From assembly GCA_047285305.1 (NCBI GenBank), contig JBJBDL010000003.1, positions 1,536,001-1,600,000 on the forward strand: 64,000 nt of DNA, given 5' to 3'. Both the position numbers and the translations under genes were made by a program. This DNA is from Synechococcus sp. GTDB lineage: Bacteria; Cyanobacteriota; Cyanobacteriia; PCC-6307; Cyanobiaceae. The notes beneath the pieces were generated by a model. The model was not told the origin of the DNA, did no database searches, and saw only the letters and a program-made list of their open reading frames with translations. Below are positions 1 to 8,491 of this stretch, one piece after another; position 1 is the stretch's first letter, and every line of letters begins with the position of its first letter.

Positions 1-2
1 CG

Positions 3-347
3 CACTGGGTCAAGGCACAGGAGCAGGGCTTGGCTCAGCCTGAACACCTTGACGCCATGGGCTGCCTTTCAGGCCCACGGGCCAGCATGTTGCTTCCCCC
101 TGACGTGAACCAGGCGCCAAATCAGCCCCATGAGGCTTGTCTCAGTGGCGTGATCACAGGCAACCTCCAGGAGGGCTATCAATTGGAAACCGCTGAAAGG
201 ATCTGGCCTCTGATCACACTGGAACCGGCAATCCATCGCTGGCTATCCGAAGAGGATCACTCGGACCGACCCCTGAACCTCCGCGGCATCAAGAATCCCT
301 GGGGTCCTTGGGTTCGGATCACCGGGGTTCTGGATCAAGCCAATTGA
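3..347 (+). CDS. 3' part of a hypothetical protein (ORF runs off the left edge)
   Basis: Frame is open from position 3 (HWVKAQEQGLAQPEH...) to the stop at 347 and overlaps the rnb stop convergently. Confidence 0.55.
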   Translation, partial: HWVKAQEQGLAQPEHLDAMGCLSGPRASMLLPPDVNQAPNQPHEACLSGVITGNLQEGYQLETAERIWPLITLEPAIHRWLSEEDHSDRPLNLRGIKNPWGPWVRITGVLDQAN

Positions 348-2365
348 AGCTGCAGCTCACCGCGTACCGGGTCAGCACGCCCCACCTTTAGTTCAAGAGC
401 GTCGCCAGGAACAGGGTCTGCTGCAGAAACACAACCGACCAGATCCATAGCCAGCTCGCTCACATGAACCAGGGCCAAGCGATCCTGCGGGCGCAGCCAG
501 CGCAGGAATACGGCCGACCAAACAGTGTTGTGATGCTCGGCGAACCAAACCTGCTGCCAGTGGCGCTGATCCTCACGGCTGATCTGAATGGATTGGCGCA
601 ATGGATCATCGAGATCGTCAATCACTTCCCCCAGACGCTCTTCATCCATCGGTGCAAGCGACGAGAGCTGGGCAACGATTTGCCGGTGGGCGACGAGATC
701 TGCGTAGCGTCGAATAGGTGACGTCGCCTGCACATAGGCCTCAAGCCCGAGACTGAAATGGGGCATGGCTCGCGTTCCCTGCACGCCTCGGCTCAAGCAG
801 CGCTTGATCGCCGCATCACGGGCTGGTCCCTCAGGGATTCGATCGAGTTCATCGCTGGAGGGCAGCTCCGCCGCAGGTTGACTGCGGAAGGGCAACGGCA
901 GGCTGTGCTCTTGCCCAAAGCTGGCCACAACAGCCCCCATCAGCAGCATCGCTTCACTCACCATCAGGCGGGAGGGTGAAGGGTCAATCACCTGAAGCGT
1001 CAAGGCCCCATCGCTACGCCGGAAGCGTCCTTCAGGCCGGTCAAACATCACGGCTCCTTTGGATTGGCGCCAGCGCATGCGCAACATCATCAGTCCCGAG
1101 AGATCCGAGAGGGCTTCATCGCCTGGGGGTGCCAACTCGATCAGCTCATCACCATCGGTGTAGGTGAGGCCATAGCGGGGTCGGATCCAGCTGCGCGCAA
1201 TCCGTTGTTCGGCCACGGCACCATCGTCATCAAGGCGAACGGCCAGACTCACGGCTGCACAACGCTGGCCAGCCCGAAGACTTAGGGGACCGGCCGCCAG
1301 CACCAGAGGGAGCATCGGCATCACACCCTCTGCCAGATACAAACTGGTGGCTCGACGTCTGGCTTCCTTATCAAGGGGTGAGTCAATGTCGATCAGACGG
1401 CTTGGATCAGCGATGTGGATCCAGATCCAATCGACGCCATCACGACGCTCCAGCGAGAGCGCGTCATCAATTTCTCGGGTACCCGCATCGTCCAGGCTGT
1501 AGGTGGCCAAGTGAGTGAGGTCGATGCGTTGCGCATCCCCAGGTAGCTCTTCATTCGACAGAGCTACAAGACGATTCGCTTCCTCCACCAAATCAGGAGG
1601 AAAACTGCGAGACCAGACGCTGCCCCGCAGGCCAATGGGCTCATTTGGATCGAGCAACCCACGGACAATTAACCACTGCCGCAGATCGGCGGCATCCGAT
1701 CCAATCGACAACGCTGCCGACCACTGCTGGAGATCAAGGTCGGAACCCACTGCAGCGGGATTGTCTTTCAGCAACTGAATCCAGTGGCTGAAGCGCTCGT
1801 CCCAAACCGGGTCCAGCTCCAGGCGTTCATCGTCGCTAAGGGCTCGCTCAGCCCGAAGCAACGCGAGCTGTCGGTGTTCATGCTGTTGCGCCTGCCGCTC
1901 AGCTCGGCGTTGGCGCCGAAGGATGGCCCTCTCTTCGCGGGATAGTGGCTGGATCAAACGGTCACGACGCCAGCGGAACAACTGTTGGTTCCCATGCAGC
2001 CAGGCCCATAGCGCAGCCAGCCCAGCGAGGTTGAACGGGGTCAACACCAACTCGCCCAGCTCGCAGAGGCTCAGTCGAGCTGATCCCCCCGGTTGATCCG
2101 TTTCCAACAGCTGCCAAGCCTCCACAACAGCCCGTGCCGATGGAGCACTGTCCTGCACCTGCTGAGGTGCAGGAAGATCACTGTGAATGAAGCGATGTTC
2201 GGGATCAATAGGAATCAAGTCGCGCAGGGGCAGGCCCTGGTCACAACGTTGACCACCAAAAGAAAGAACCGCCTTGCTGCCCTTGATGGACAGAAGACGG
2301 CCGAAAAGAGGAGAACCCTTGAGAACTACCGCGACGGTGTCCCCGGTTTGGATTGAGTTGTTCAA
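335..2365 (-). CDS. rnb: Ribonuclease II / RNB-domain exoribonuclease
   Basis: 676 aa; RNB catalytic motifs SLDDAGTREIDDALS, IHIADP and ATSPIRRYADLVAHRQI. Confidence 0.92.
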   Translation of the reverse strand: MNNSIQTGDTVAVVLKGSPLFGRLLSIKGSKAVLSFGGQRCDQGLPLRDLIPIDPEHRFIHSDLPAPQQVQDSAPSARAVVEAWQLLETDQPGGSARLSLCELGELVLTPFNLAGLAALWAWLHGNQQLFRWRRDRLIQPLSREERAILRRQRRAERQAQQHEHRQLALLRAERALSDDERLELDPVWDERFSHWIQLLKDNPAAVGSDLDLQQWSAALSIGSDAADLRQWLIVRGLLDPNEPIGLRGSVWSRSFPPDLVEEANRLVALSNEELPGDAQRIDLTHLATYSLDDAGTREIDDALSLERRDGVDWIWIHIADPSRLIDIDSPLDKEARRRATSLYLAEGVMPMLPLVLAAGPLSLRAGQRCAAVSLAVRLDDDGAVAEQRIARSWIRPRYGLTYTDGDELIELAPPGDEALSDLSGLMMLRMRWRQSKGAVMFDRPEGRFRRSDGALTLQVIDPSPSRLMVSEAMLLMGAVVASFGQEHSLPLPFRSQPAAELPSSDELDRIPEGPARDAAIKRCLSRGVQGTRAMPHFSLGLEAYVQATSPIRRYADLVAHRQIVAQLSSLAPMDEERLGEVIDDLDDPLRQSIQISREDQRHWQQVWFAEHHNTVWSAVFLRWLRPQDRLALVHVSELAMDLVGCVSAADPVPGDALELKVGRADPVRGELQLQLA

Positions 2366-2375
2366 CGCCGGAGGA

Positions 2376-2597
2376 TCAACCTTCGGGGTTCACAAACGGC
2401 AGAAGGGCAACGATGCGAGCACGCTTGACGGCGTTGGTGAGATCGCGCTGCTGCTTGGCAGTAAGGCCGGTGAGACGACGGGGAAGGATCTTGCCGCGTT
2501 CGGTGATGAACTTCTTGAGAAGATCCACATCCTTGTAATCGATGGGATCACCGGGCTTGATCGGCGAAAGACGCTTCTTGAAGAAGGAGCTGGACAT
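2376..2597 (-). CDS. rpsR: 30S ribosomal protein S18
   Basis: [26 protein letters not shown]...[13 protein letters not shown]. Confidence 0.98.
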
Positions 2598-2635
2598 GAA
2601 TCAGGAACGGATGGAGGAAAGACGGACCTGCAAGG

Positions 2636-2830
2636 TCACTTGATCTCCTTGTGGAGCGTGGCCTTGTTGCAGTGGGGACAGAACTTTTTGATCTCCAGCC
2701 GTTCGGTGGTGTTCCGGCGGTTCTTTTCCGTCGTGTAGCGAGACACGCCGGGTGAACGCTTGGCGGGATTGGACCGGCATTCGGTGCACTCGAGGGTGAT
2801 CACGATCCGGACGCCCTTGTTCTTGGCCAT
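2636..2830 (-). CDS. rpmG: 50S ribosomal protein L33 (form with two CxxC motifs)
   Basis: [18 protein letters not shown]...[23 protein letters not shown]; start taken at ATG 2830. Confidence 0.97.
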   Translation of the reverse strand: MAKNKGVRIVITLECTECRSNPAKRSPGVSRYTTEKNRRNTTERLEIKKFCPHCNKATLHKEIK

Positions 2831-2957
2831 AAAGGACGTTGCGCCGCAGGTGCGAAGCGAATTGACAAACATCGAGCTTACCCCCTGACCCGACAGGATC
2901 AGAGCAGCTCTCCCAGGGGGGACTTCCTAAGATCGCGCGCTGTCTGGCTTAGATCCG

Positions 2958-5381
2958 ATGCGGGTATCCATCTCCTGGCTGAAGCAGCTGGTTCAGGTGA
3001 ATGAGTCCGTGGAAGATCTCTCCGAGCGTCTTTCGATGGCGGGCTTTGAGGTGGACGACGTTGATGACCTCAGCGCTCGGGCCCATGGCGTGGTGGTCGG
3101 CCATGTGCTGGAACGGGAGAAACACCCCAACGCCGACAAGCTCAGCGTCTGCAGAGTGGACGTTGGAGCTCAAGACCCCATCCAGATCGTCTGCGGTGCC
3201 GGCAACGTGCGTGCCGGCATCCATGTGCCGGTGGCCATGGTCGGAGCCACCCTCCCCGCCGTTGGCTTGACGATCAAAGCCGGTGAATTGCGGGGTGTTG
3301 CCAGCAACGGAATGATCTGCTCCCTGACCGAGCTGGGCCTGATGGAGGAATCCGACGGAATCGCCATCCTTGATGAGCTGGATAAATCCTTACCGCCCAA
3401 CGGGTCGCCTGTGGCCCCGCTGTTGGGACTCGACGACATCGTTCTGGAGCTGGCCATCACCGCCAATCGCCCCGACGGCCTCTCCATGGTGGGTATCGCT
3501 CGCGAGGTGGCGGCCCTGACCGGTGGCAGCTTGAGCCTGCCCGAGCTGGATCTGGAACCCAGCAACACTCCGCTGAAAACAGAACTTGACGGCTGCTTTT
3601 ATTCGATCACCAAGATCGAGGGTGTGGACGGCTCCAAGCCCTCACCCACCTGGTTGCAGCAGCGCCTCGAGCGTGGTGGCGTGAACAGCGTCAATGCGGT
3701 GGTTGACGTCACCAATCTGGTGATGCTGGAACAGGGGCAGCCCCTCCACGCCTTTGATGCCGATGCGCTGGAACAACTGACCGGGCAACCGGTTGAAGCC
3801 AAGAGTTTTGCGGTCCGTTCCGCTCGCGATGGGGAAATCTTCGTTGGTCTGGATGATCAGAAGCGAAGCCTCGATAGCCGTGTGCAGGTCGTCACCTGCC
3901 ATGACCGACCTATCGCCGTCGCAGGTGTAATGGGGAGTCTCGAGAGTGGGGTGACCGACAGAACCCGGAACATCTGGCTTGAATCCGCTCTGTTTGCATC
4001 GCCGAGGGTTCGTCAGTCGGCCCGGGCCTTGGGCTTGCGCACGGATGCCAGCAGCCGTTTCGAAAAAGGGTTGCCGGTAGAAATGACCCTGCCCTGTTCA
4101 GCCCGTGCTTCGGCCTTATTGAGTCAGGAGTTTTCCTGCTCTGTGAGAGGCCGTTGGGTGGGCGGTAACGGTCCCGCAGAAGCGGAACCGGTGCTGTTGA
4201 GGCGCAGTGCCCTCCATCAACTGCTTGGCCCCCTCGATGCTGCCAATGGCTCGGAGGATCTGGATGACACCAGCATCGAAAACTGCCTGACAGCCCTTGG
4301 TTGCCAGCTCTTAGCGCATGAGCAGGGATGGCAGGTGATTGCACCGCCCTCGAGACGGCAAGACCTCCAACGTGAAGTTGATCTGATCGAGGAGGTGGCT
4401 CGTCTTGTGGGCTTCGATCGGTTTGAGGCACACCTGCCGGATCCTCTGGAGCCTGGTGCCCTCACACCGCGCCAGAAGGCGGAACGGCGCCTGCGGCAGC
4501 TTTTCTGTTCCACAGGGCTACAGGAGGTCACCACCCTGTCTCTCGTTCCGGCTTCCGAGCAGGAACAGCGCATCGCCATCAGCAATCCGTTGTTGGCCGA
4601 CACAAGCCATCTGCGCACGAACCTCTGGGAAGAGCACCTGCAGATCTGTGTTCGCAATCTGAAGGCATCGCAGCGGGGTTGCTCTGTCTTTGAGATCGGC
4701 AGCACCTACAGCGGATCATCGGAAGCCGTAAGCCAGACCGCCGTTCTGGGTGGCGTGATCTGCGGAGATCGACGCCTCTCTACCTGGGCCACCAGCGGCA
4801 AGCCGCAGGCGCCCGACTACTACCAGGCCCGTGGCGTTCTCACAAGGGTCATGGAGGCCTTGCAGCTGGAACTGTCTGACCGTCGCCTGACGGACGATGC
4901 ACGACTGCATCCGGGTCGGGCCGCCACCTTGGTGTTGGAGGGACGCCCCTTGGGTTGTTTCGGTCAGCTTCACCCAGCCATGGCTGAAGAGCTCGATCTT
5001 CCTGAAGCCACCTATCTGTTCGAACTCGACCTTGCGCGACTGCTTGATGCCGCCACCCGCAGCAACCGCTGGACGCCATCCTTCAAGCCCTACCCAACCG
5101 TGCCTTTCAGCGAGCGGGATCTTGCCGTCATCGTCGACCGATCCAGTGCAGCTGCCGATCTGATCCAAGCCATCCGCAAGGCGGGCAAACCTCTTCTGGA
5201 GCAGGTGGAACTGGTGGATCGCTTTGAGGGCGAGCAGCTTGGCGACAACAAAGTGAGCCAGGCCTTCCGTCTGCGCTATCGCGGCAAGAACGAAACCCTC
5301 ACCGACGACAAAATTCAGCCTGTTCACGACAAGGTGCGTGCCGCTTTGAGCAAGCAGTTTCAGGCTGAGCTCAGGAGCTAA
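2958..5381 (+). CDS. pheT: Phenylalanine-tRNA ligase beta subunit
   Basis: 807 aa; KHPNADKL, ITANRPDGLS, RTDASSRFEKG, REVDLIEEVARLVG and C-terminal RDLAVIV. Confidence 0.97.
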   Translation: MRVSISWLKQLVQVNESVEDLSERLSMAGFEVDDVDDLSARAHGVVVGHVLEREKHPNADKLSVCRVDVGAQDPIQIVCGAGNVRAGIHVPVAMVGATLPAVGLTIKAGELRGVASNGMICSLTELGLMEESDGIAILDELDKSLPPNGSPVAPLLGLDDIVLELAITANRPDGLSMVGIAREVAALTGGSLSLPELDLEPSNTPLKTELDGCFYSITKIEGVDGSKPSPTWLQQRLERGGVNSVNAVVDVTNLVMLEQGQPLHAFDADALEQLTGQPVEAKSFAVRSARDGEIFVGLDDQKRSLDSRVQVVTCHDRPIAVAGVMGSLESGVTDRTRNIWLESALFASPRVRQSARALGLRTDASSRFEKGLPVEMTLPCSARASALLSQEFSCSVRGRWVGGNGPAEAEPVLLRRSALHQLLGPLDAANGSEDLDDTSIENCLTALGCQLLAHEQGWQVIAPPSRRQDLQREVDLIEEVARLVGFDRFEAHLPDPLEPGALTPRQKAERRLRQLFCSTGLQEVTTLSLVPASEQEQRIAISNPLLADTSHLRTNLWEEHLQICVRNLKASQRGCSVFEIGSTYSGSSEAVSQTAVLGGVICGDRRLSTWATSGKPQAPDYYQARGVLTRVMEALQLELSDRRLTDDARLHPGRAATLVLEGRPLGCFGQLHPAMAEELDLPEATYLFELDLARLLDAATRSNRWTPSFKPYPTVPFSERDLAVIVDRSSAAADLIQAIRKAGKPLLEQVELVDRFEGEQLGDNKVSQAFRLRYRGKNETLTDDKIQPVHDKVRAALSKQFQAELRS

Positions 5382-6768
5382 CGCGTTTCAGCAGCGCTAA
5401 CGATTCCAGATGCGTTGTCTGGGGGAAGAAGTCCACGGGCTGAAGCATCTCCAGCTCGTAAGTGCCTGATGGGACGAGCAATGCTTTCAGATCCCGTGCC
5501 TGGGTGGCGGGGTCACAGCTGAGATACGCCAGCACAGCTGGAGACCGCTCAAGGACGCTGTCCACGACGCGTCGATCGAGACCCCGGCGCGGTGGATCCA
5601 ACACCAGCGCATGGCAGTCCTCCAGTTTTGCAGCGAGCAGGTCTGCCACATCGCCGGCATCAAAGGCACAGCGGGAGGAGAGGCCGTTGTGCATGGCATT
5701 CAGCCGGGCCTGCTCTACCGAGTCGGGGTTGAGTTCCAGACCTTGAACATCAAAACCGGCCTTGGCCAGGGGCAGGGCAATGGTTCCTACGCCGCAATAA
5801 GCGTCGACCACCCGTGCGCCGGCGCACTGAAACAAAAGCCAGTCTATGAGCCGCTGAACGATCCGTTCCGCCTGAGGCGTATTCACCTGAACAAATGTTG
5901 TGCTGCTTAGGGCGAGCTTGATGCCGCAGAACTCGTCCTCAATGGTGGGAACACCGGCGAGGCAATGGGTGGTTCGACCGAGAACAAGATTGTTGGCCTT
6001 GGGTTGAAGGTTGAGGCAGACCCCTTTCACCGCGGGCCAACGCTCCACCCAGCTCTGAGCGAGGTCCTCAAGGCCTCGAAGCTCAGCATGGCTGCTGATC
6101 AGCGTGATCAACACGTCTCCGGTGGCGCTGGCAAGACGAAGCCCGAGATGGCGCAGACCCTGAGCTTCGAGCAGGTCATGATCGGCCGGCCACCCCCCTG
6201 CATCCAGGTCTTTCTTGAGAGGTTCCACCAACGCGTCCAAGCGTGGATCAAGCACCGGGCAATGGTTCAGGTTGACGATCTTGTGGGTCTTCGGTCGGAA
6301 GTAGCCGGCCTTTAAGCGTCCGTTCTGGTCTCTTTTCAGCGGGATCAAGGCCCTGTTGCGGTAACCGAAGGAGCGTTCCGCATCAACAAGCGTGGGCGCA
6401 GGGCCAACGTCAATCCCCCCGATGCGCTGCATGGTCTGTTGAATCTGCTGGGCTTTCCAACGAGTTTGGGCGGGGTCATCCAGGCGTTGGAGGGTGCACC
6501 CACCGCAGTCATCGGCAAGGATGCAGGGAGGTCGGCGACGATCTGCGGAGAACGTGATCTGATCCACCCGACGGCTCAACCAGCGCGATTTTTGGCGTTG
6601 CTGCAGCTGAACCGTGGCGCGCTCCCCCGGTAAGAGATCAGGAACGACGATCACCCAGTTGTTCCAACGGGCCAAACCCTTGCCGTCGCGATCCAGGTCA
6701 ACAGCCTCGAGCTCAATCGTGAGCCCAGGCCGCGGTTCACTGCTGTTCGGGCTGTCGACTTTGGTCAT
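5371..6768 (-). CDS. rlmD: 23S rRNA (uracil-1939-C5)-methyltransferase RlmD/RumA
   Basis: TRAM domain, Fe-S motif CILADDCGGC, SAM motif VVDAYCGVG, DPPRRG, YLSCDPAT and DFFPQTTHLE. Confidence 0.93.
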   Translation of the reverse strand: MTKVDSPNSSEPRPGLTIELEAVDLDRDGKGLARWNNWVIVVPDLLPGERATVQLQQRQKSRWLSRRVDQITFSADRRRPPCILADDCGGCTLQRLDDPAQTRWKAQQIQQTMQRIGGIDVGPAPTLVDAERSFGYRNRALIPLKRDQNGRLKAGYFRPKTHKIVNLNHCPVLDPRLDALVEPLKKDLDAGGWPADHDLLEAQGLRHLGLRLASATGDVLITLISSHAELRGLEDLAQSWVERWPAVKGVCLNLQPKANNLVLGRTTHCLAGVPTIEDEFCGIKLALSSTTFVQVNTPQAERIVQRLIDWLLFQCAGARVVDAYCGVGTIALPLAKAGFDVQGLELNPDSVEQARLNAMHNGLSSRCAFDAGDVADLLAAKLEDCHALVLDPPRRGLDRRVVDSVLERSPAVLAYLSCDPATQARDLKALLVPSGTYELEMLQPVDFFPQTTHLESLALLKRVSS

Positions 6769-6868
6769 GCTCTCGATTCCCTGCCATTGCAATGGCGTAA
6801 CACCCGGACTGTGATGGGTCAGGTGAGCGGGTAGAGACCACTAAACTCCACGAAGCCTGCCCAGTTCC

Positions 6869-7363
6869 ATGAGCGTTGTCCGGGATCTCATCCTCCAGGC
6901 CGATGACGATCTGCGGTATCCCACCAGCGGAGAACTCCGCACCATGGTGGATTTTCTTGACCAAGGCGCCATGCGCGTTTCTGTGGTCAAGGTTCTGACC
7001 GAGAACGAAAAGAAGATCGTCGACGAATCCGCCAAGCAACTGTTTGGTCGCAAACCCGAGTACGTCGCACCTGGCGGTAATGCCTACGGTCAGCGCCAGC
7101 GGGCCCAGTGCCTGCGCGACTACAGCTGGTACCTCCGTCTTATCACCTACGGAGTTCTGGCCGGCAGCACCGAAATGATCCAGGAGATCGGCCTGGTGGG
7201 CGCTCGCGAGATGTACAACAGCCTCGGTGTTCCGATGCCCGGCATGGTTGAAGCCATGAAGTGCATGAAGGAAGCCTCCCTATCGTTGTTGTCGGAACAA
7301 CAGGTGAAGCTCGCATCTCCTTACTTCGACTTCTTGATTCAGGGCATGCAGACGTCGACCTGA
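6869..7363 (+). CDS. apcD: Allophycocyanin alpha-B subunit
   Basis: Phycobiliprotein: MSVVRDLILQADDDLRYPTSGEL, PGGNAYG, QCLRDYSWYLRLITYGVLAG. Confidence 0.95.
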   Translation: MSVVRDLILQADDDLRYPTSGELRTMVDFLDQGAMRVSVVKVLTENEKKIVDESAKQLFGRKPEYVAPGGNAYGQRQRAQCLRDYSWYLRLITYGVLAGSTEMIQEIGLVGAREMYNSLGVPMPGMVEAMKCMKEASLSLLSEQQVKLASPYFDFLIQGMQTST

Positions 7364-7385
7364 TTCAAAGTGCGACACCCTCAAA

Positions 7386-7413
7386 GAGCCGGGCCTTCGA
7401 GCCCGGTTTTTTA
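7386..7413 (+). terminator. Rho-independent terminator of apcD
   Basis: gagccgggc-cttcga-gcccgg followed by a T-run, about 20 nt after the apcD stop. Confidence 0.85.
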
Positions 7414-7423
7414 TTGCCTACTC

Positions 7424-7472
7424 GTCTTAGATAAGACTTGCCATCAGACCTGGAACGGGTCTCAGACGAGAT
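7424..7472 (+). repeat. 49-bp bipartite repeat, copy A
   Basis: gtcttagataagac + ttgccatcagacctggaacgg + gtctcagacgagat; aligns without gaps to 7812-7860 and 8437-8485. Confidence 0.8.
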
Positions 7473-7498
7473 GTAAGAGGTAGCTATACAGTCTCTGC

Positions 7499-7639
7499 AT
7501 GCCCATTCGAGACAAGAAACGAGTCACGTACAAATTCCCAGCTAATCAGCCAGAGATTGAGCTTTCATTGGACCGATAAGGGTTTCAAATCCGCCGATTA
7601 ACCTGCGTACCTGTGTCTACAGCAGGTACGCAGGCCTGA
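7499..7639 (+). pseudogene. Possible small ORF interrupted by one in-frame stop
   Basis: MPIRDKKRVTYKFPANQPEIELSLDR*GFQIRRLTCVPVSTAGTQA; TAA at 7577-7579; lies between repeat copies A and B. Confidence 0.3.
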
Positions 7640-7811
7640 AGAACCCTGTTTTCAGTGGGTTACATCAGTCACAGTTATCCACTGGACTGGCCGTGGACTG
7701 CAGGCAAAACCATCAAGAAAATAGTTTTTTGGACAATAAAGGCCGACGCAACAAATCACGTGCACAGCAAACAAAAACCACCAATTTTTTAAATCTTGAG
7801 GATTAGTGCTA

Positions 7812-7860
7812 GTCGCAGATAAGACTCTCGCTGGGTCCTGTAACGTGTCGCAGGCAAGAC
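7812..7860 (+). repeat. 49-bp bipartite repeat, copy B
   Basis: gtcgcagataagac + tctcgctgggtcctgtaacgt + gtcgcaggcaagac. Confidence 0.8.
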
Positions 7861-7906
7861 CTGAGAATCTGTTGATCAGACCGCGAACGGATGATCGGAT
7901 TGGACA

Positions 7907-8429
7907 ATGGCCGCGCGATGGATTGAACGGCGGTTTGACTCGGATTCCGGCTGATCAGCATCCTCACGGTGGCGCTGAGCCTGCTCGGAAGCGTTGGCTG
8001 CCTCGTGATTGAGGTGGGTGAAATCTTTATGCTTTCCTTGTGACCATGCGCCTGCTCTTCAATGCCAAAAGCGCTGCCGCCAAGACCATCGCCCAGATGG
8101 TGGAGGGATTTGATTACTTCGTGATCGGCATCGCCCTGCTGATCTTTGGCTGTGGCATCGATGAGCTTGTGATCTCAGATCTTGATCCACGCCTGGAGGG
8201 TGGCGAGGAGCAGCACACCAACATTCTCTCGGTGAACAGCCTTCAAAACCTGAAAAACAATCTCTCCAATGTGATTGTTGTGGGCATGATTGTCGCTGCG
8301 TTCAAACAGACCATCGGCTTCGAGGTGAACAACGCCACTGATCTTTTGGCGCTAAATGGGTCGGTGGCCATCTTGGCCCTAAGTGCTTGGTTGATTGTTC
8401 GCAGCCACGGCGCCGGTCACGAGCCATAA
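7907..8429 (+). pseudogene. YqhA (UPF0114) family membrane protein, frameshifted
   Basis: Three frames join as MAARWIERRFDS / FRLISILTVALSLLGSVGCLVI..EIF / AFLVTMRL..DYFVIGIALLIFGCGIDELVISDLD..SLQNLKNNLSNVIVVGMIV; frameshifts near 7945 and 8028. Confidence 0.75.
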
Positions 8430-8436
8430 CGCGCAC

Positions 8437-8485
8437 GTCTCAATCAAGACACGGTCCTAGTCCTATTACGCGTCCCAACAGGGAT
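8437..8485 (+). repeat. 49-bp bipartite repeat, copy C
   Basis: gtctcaatcaagac + acggtcctagtcctattacgc + gtcccaacagggat; sits between two convergent stop codons (8429 and 8492). Confidence 0.75.
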
Positions 8486-8491
8486 AAGTGA

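Noticed and set aside
7675..7683. DnaA-box-like ttatccact
   Set aside because: Single copy with one mismatch, no cluster and no oriC context.
7424..8485. Three repeats interpreted as a CRISPR array
   Set aside because: Intervals are 339 and 576 bp, the copies are degenerate, and no cas genes are present.
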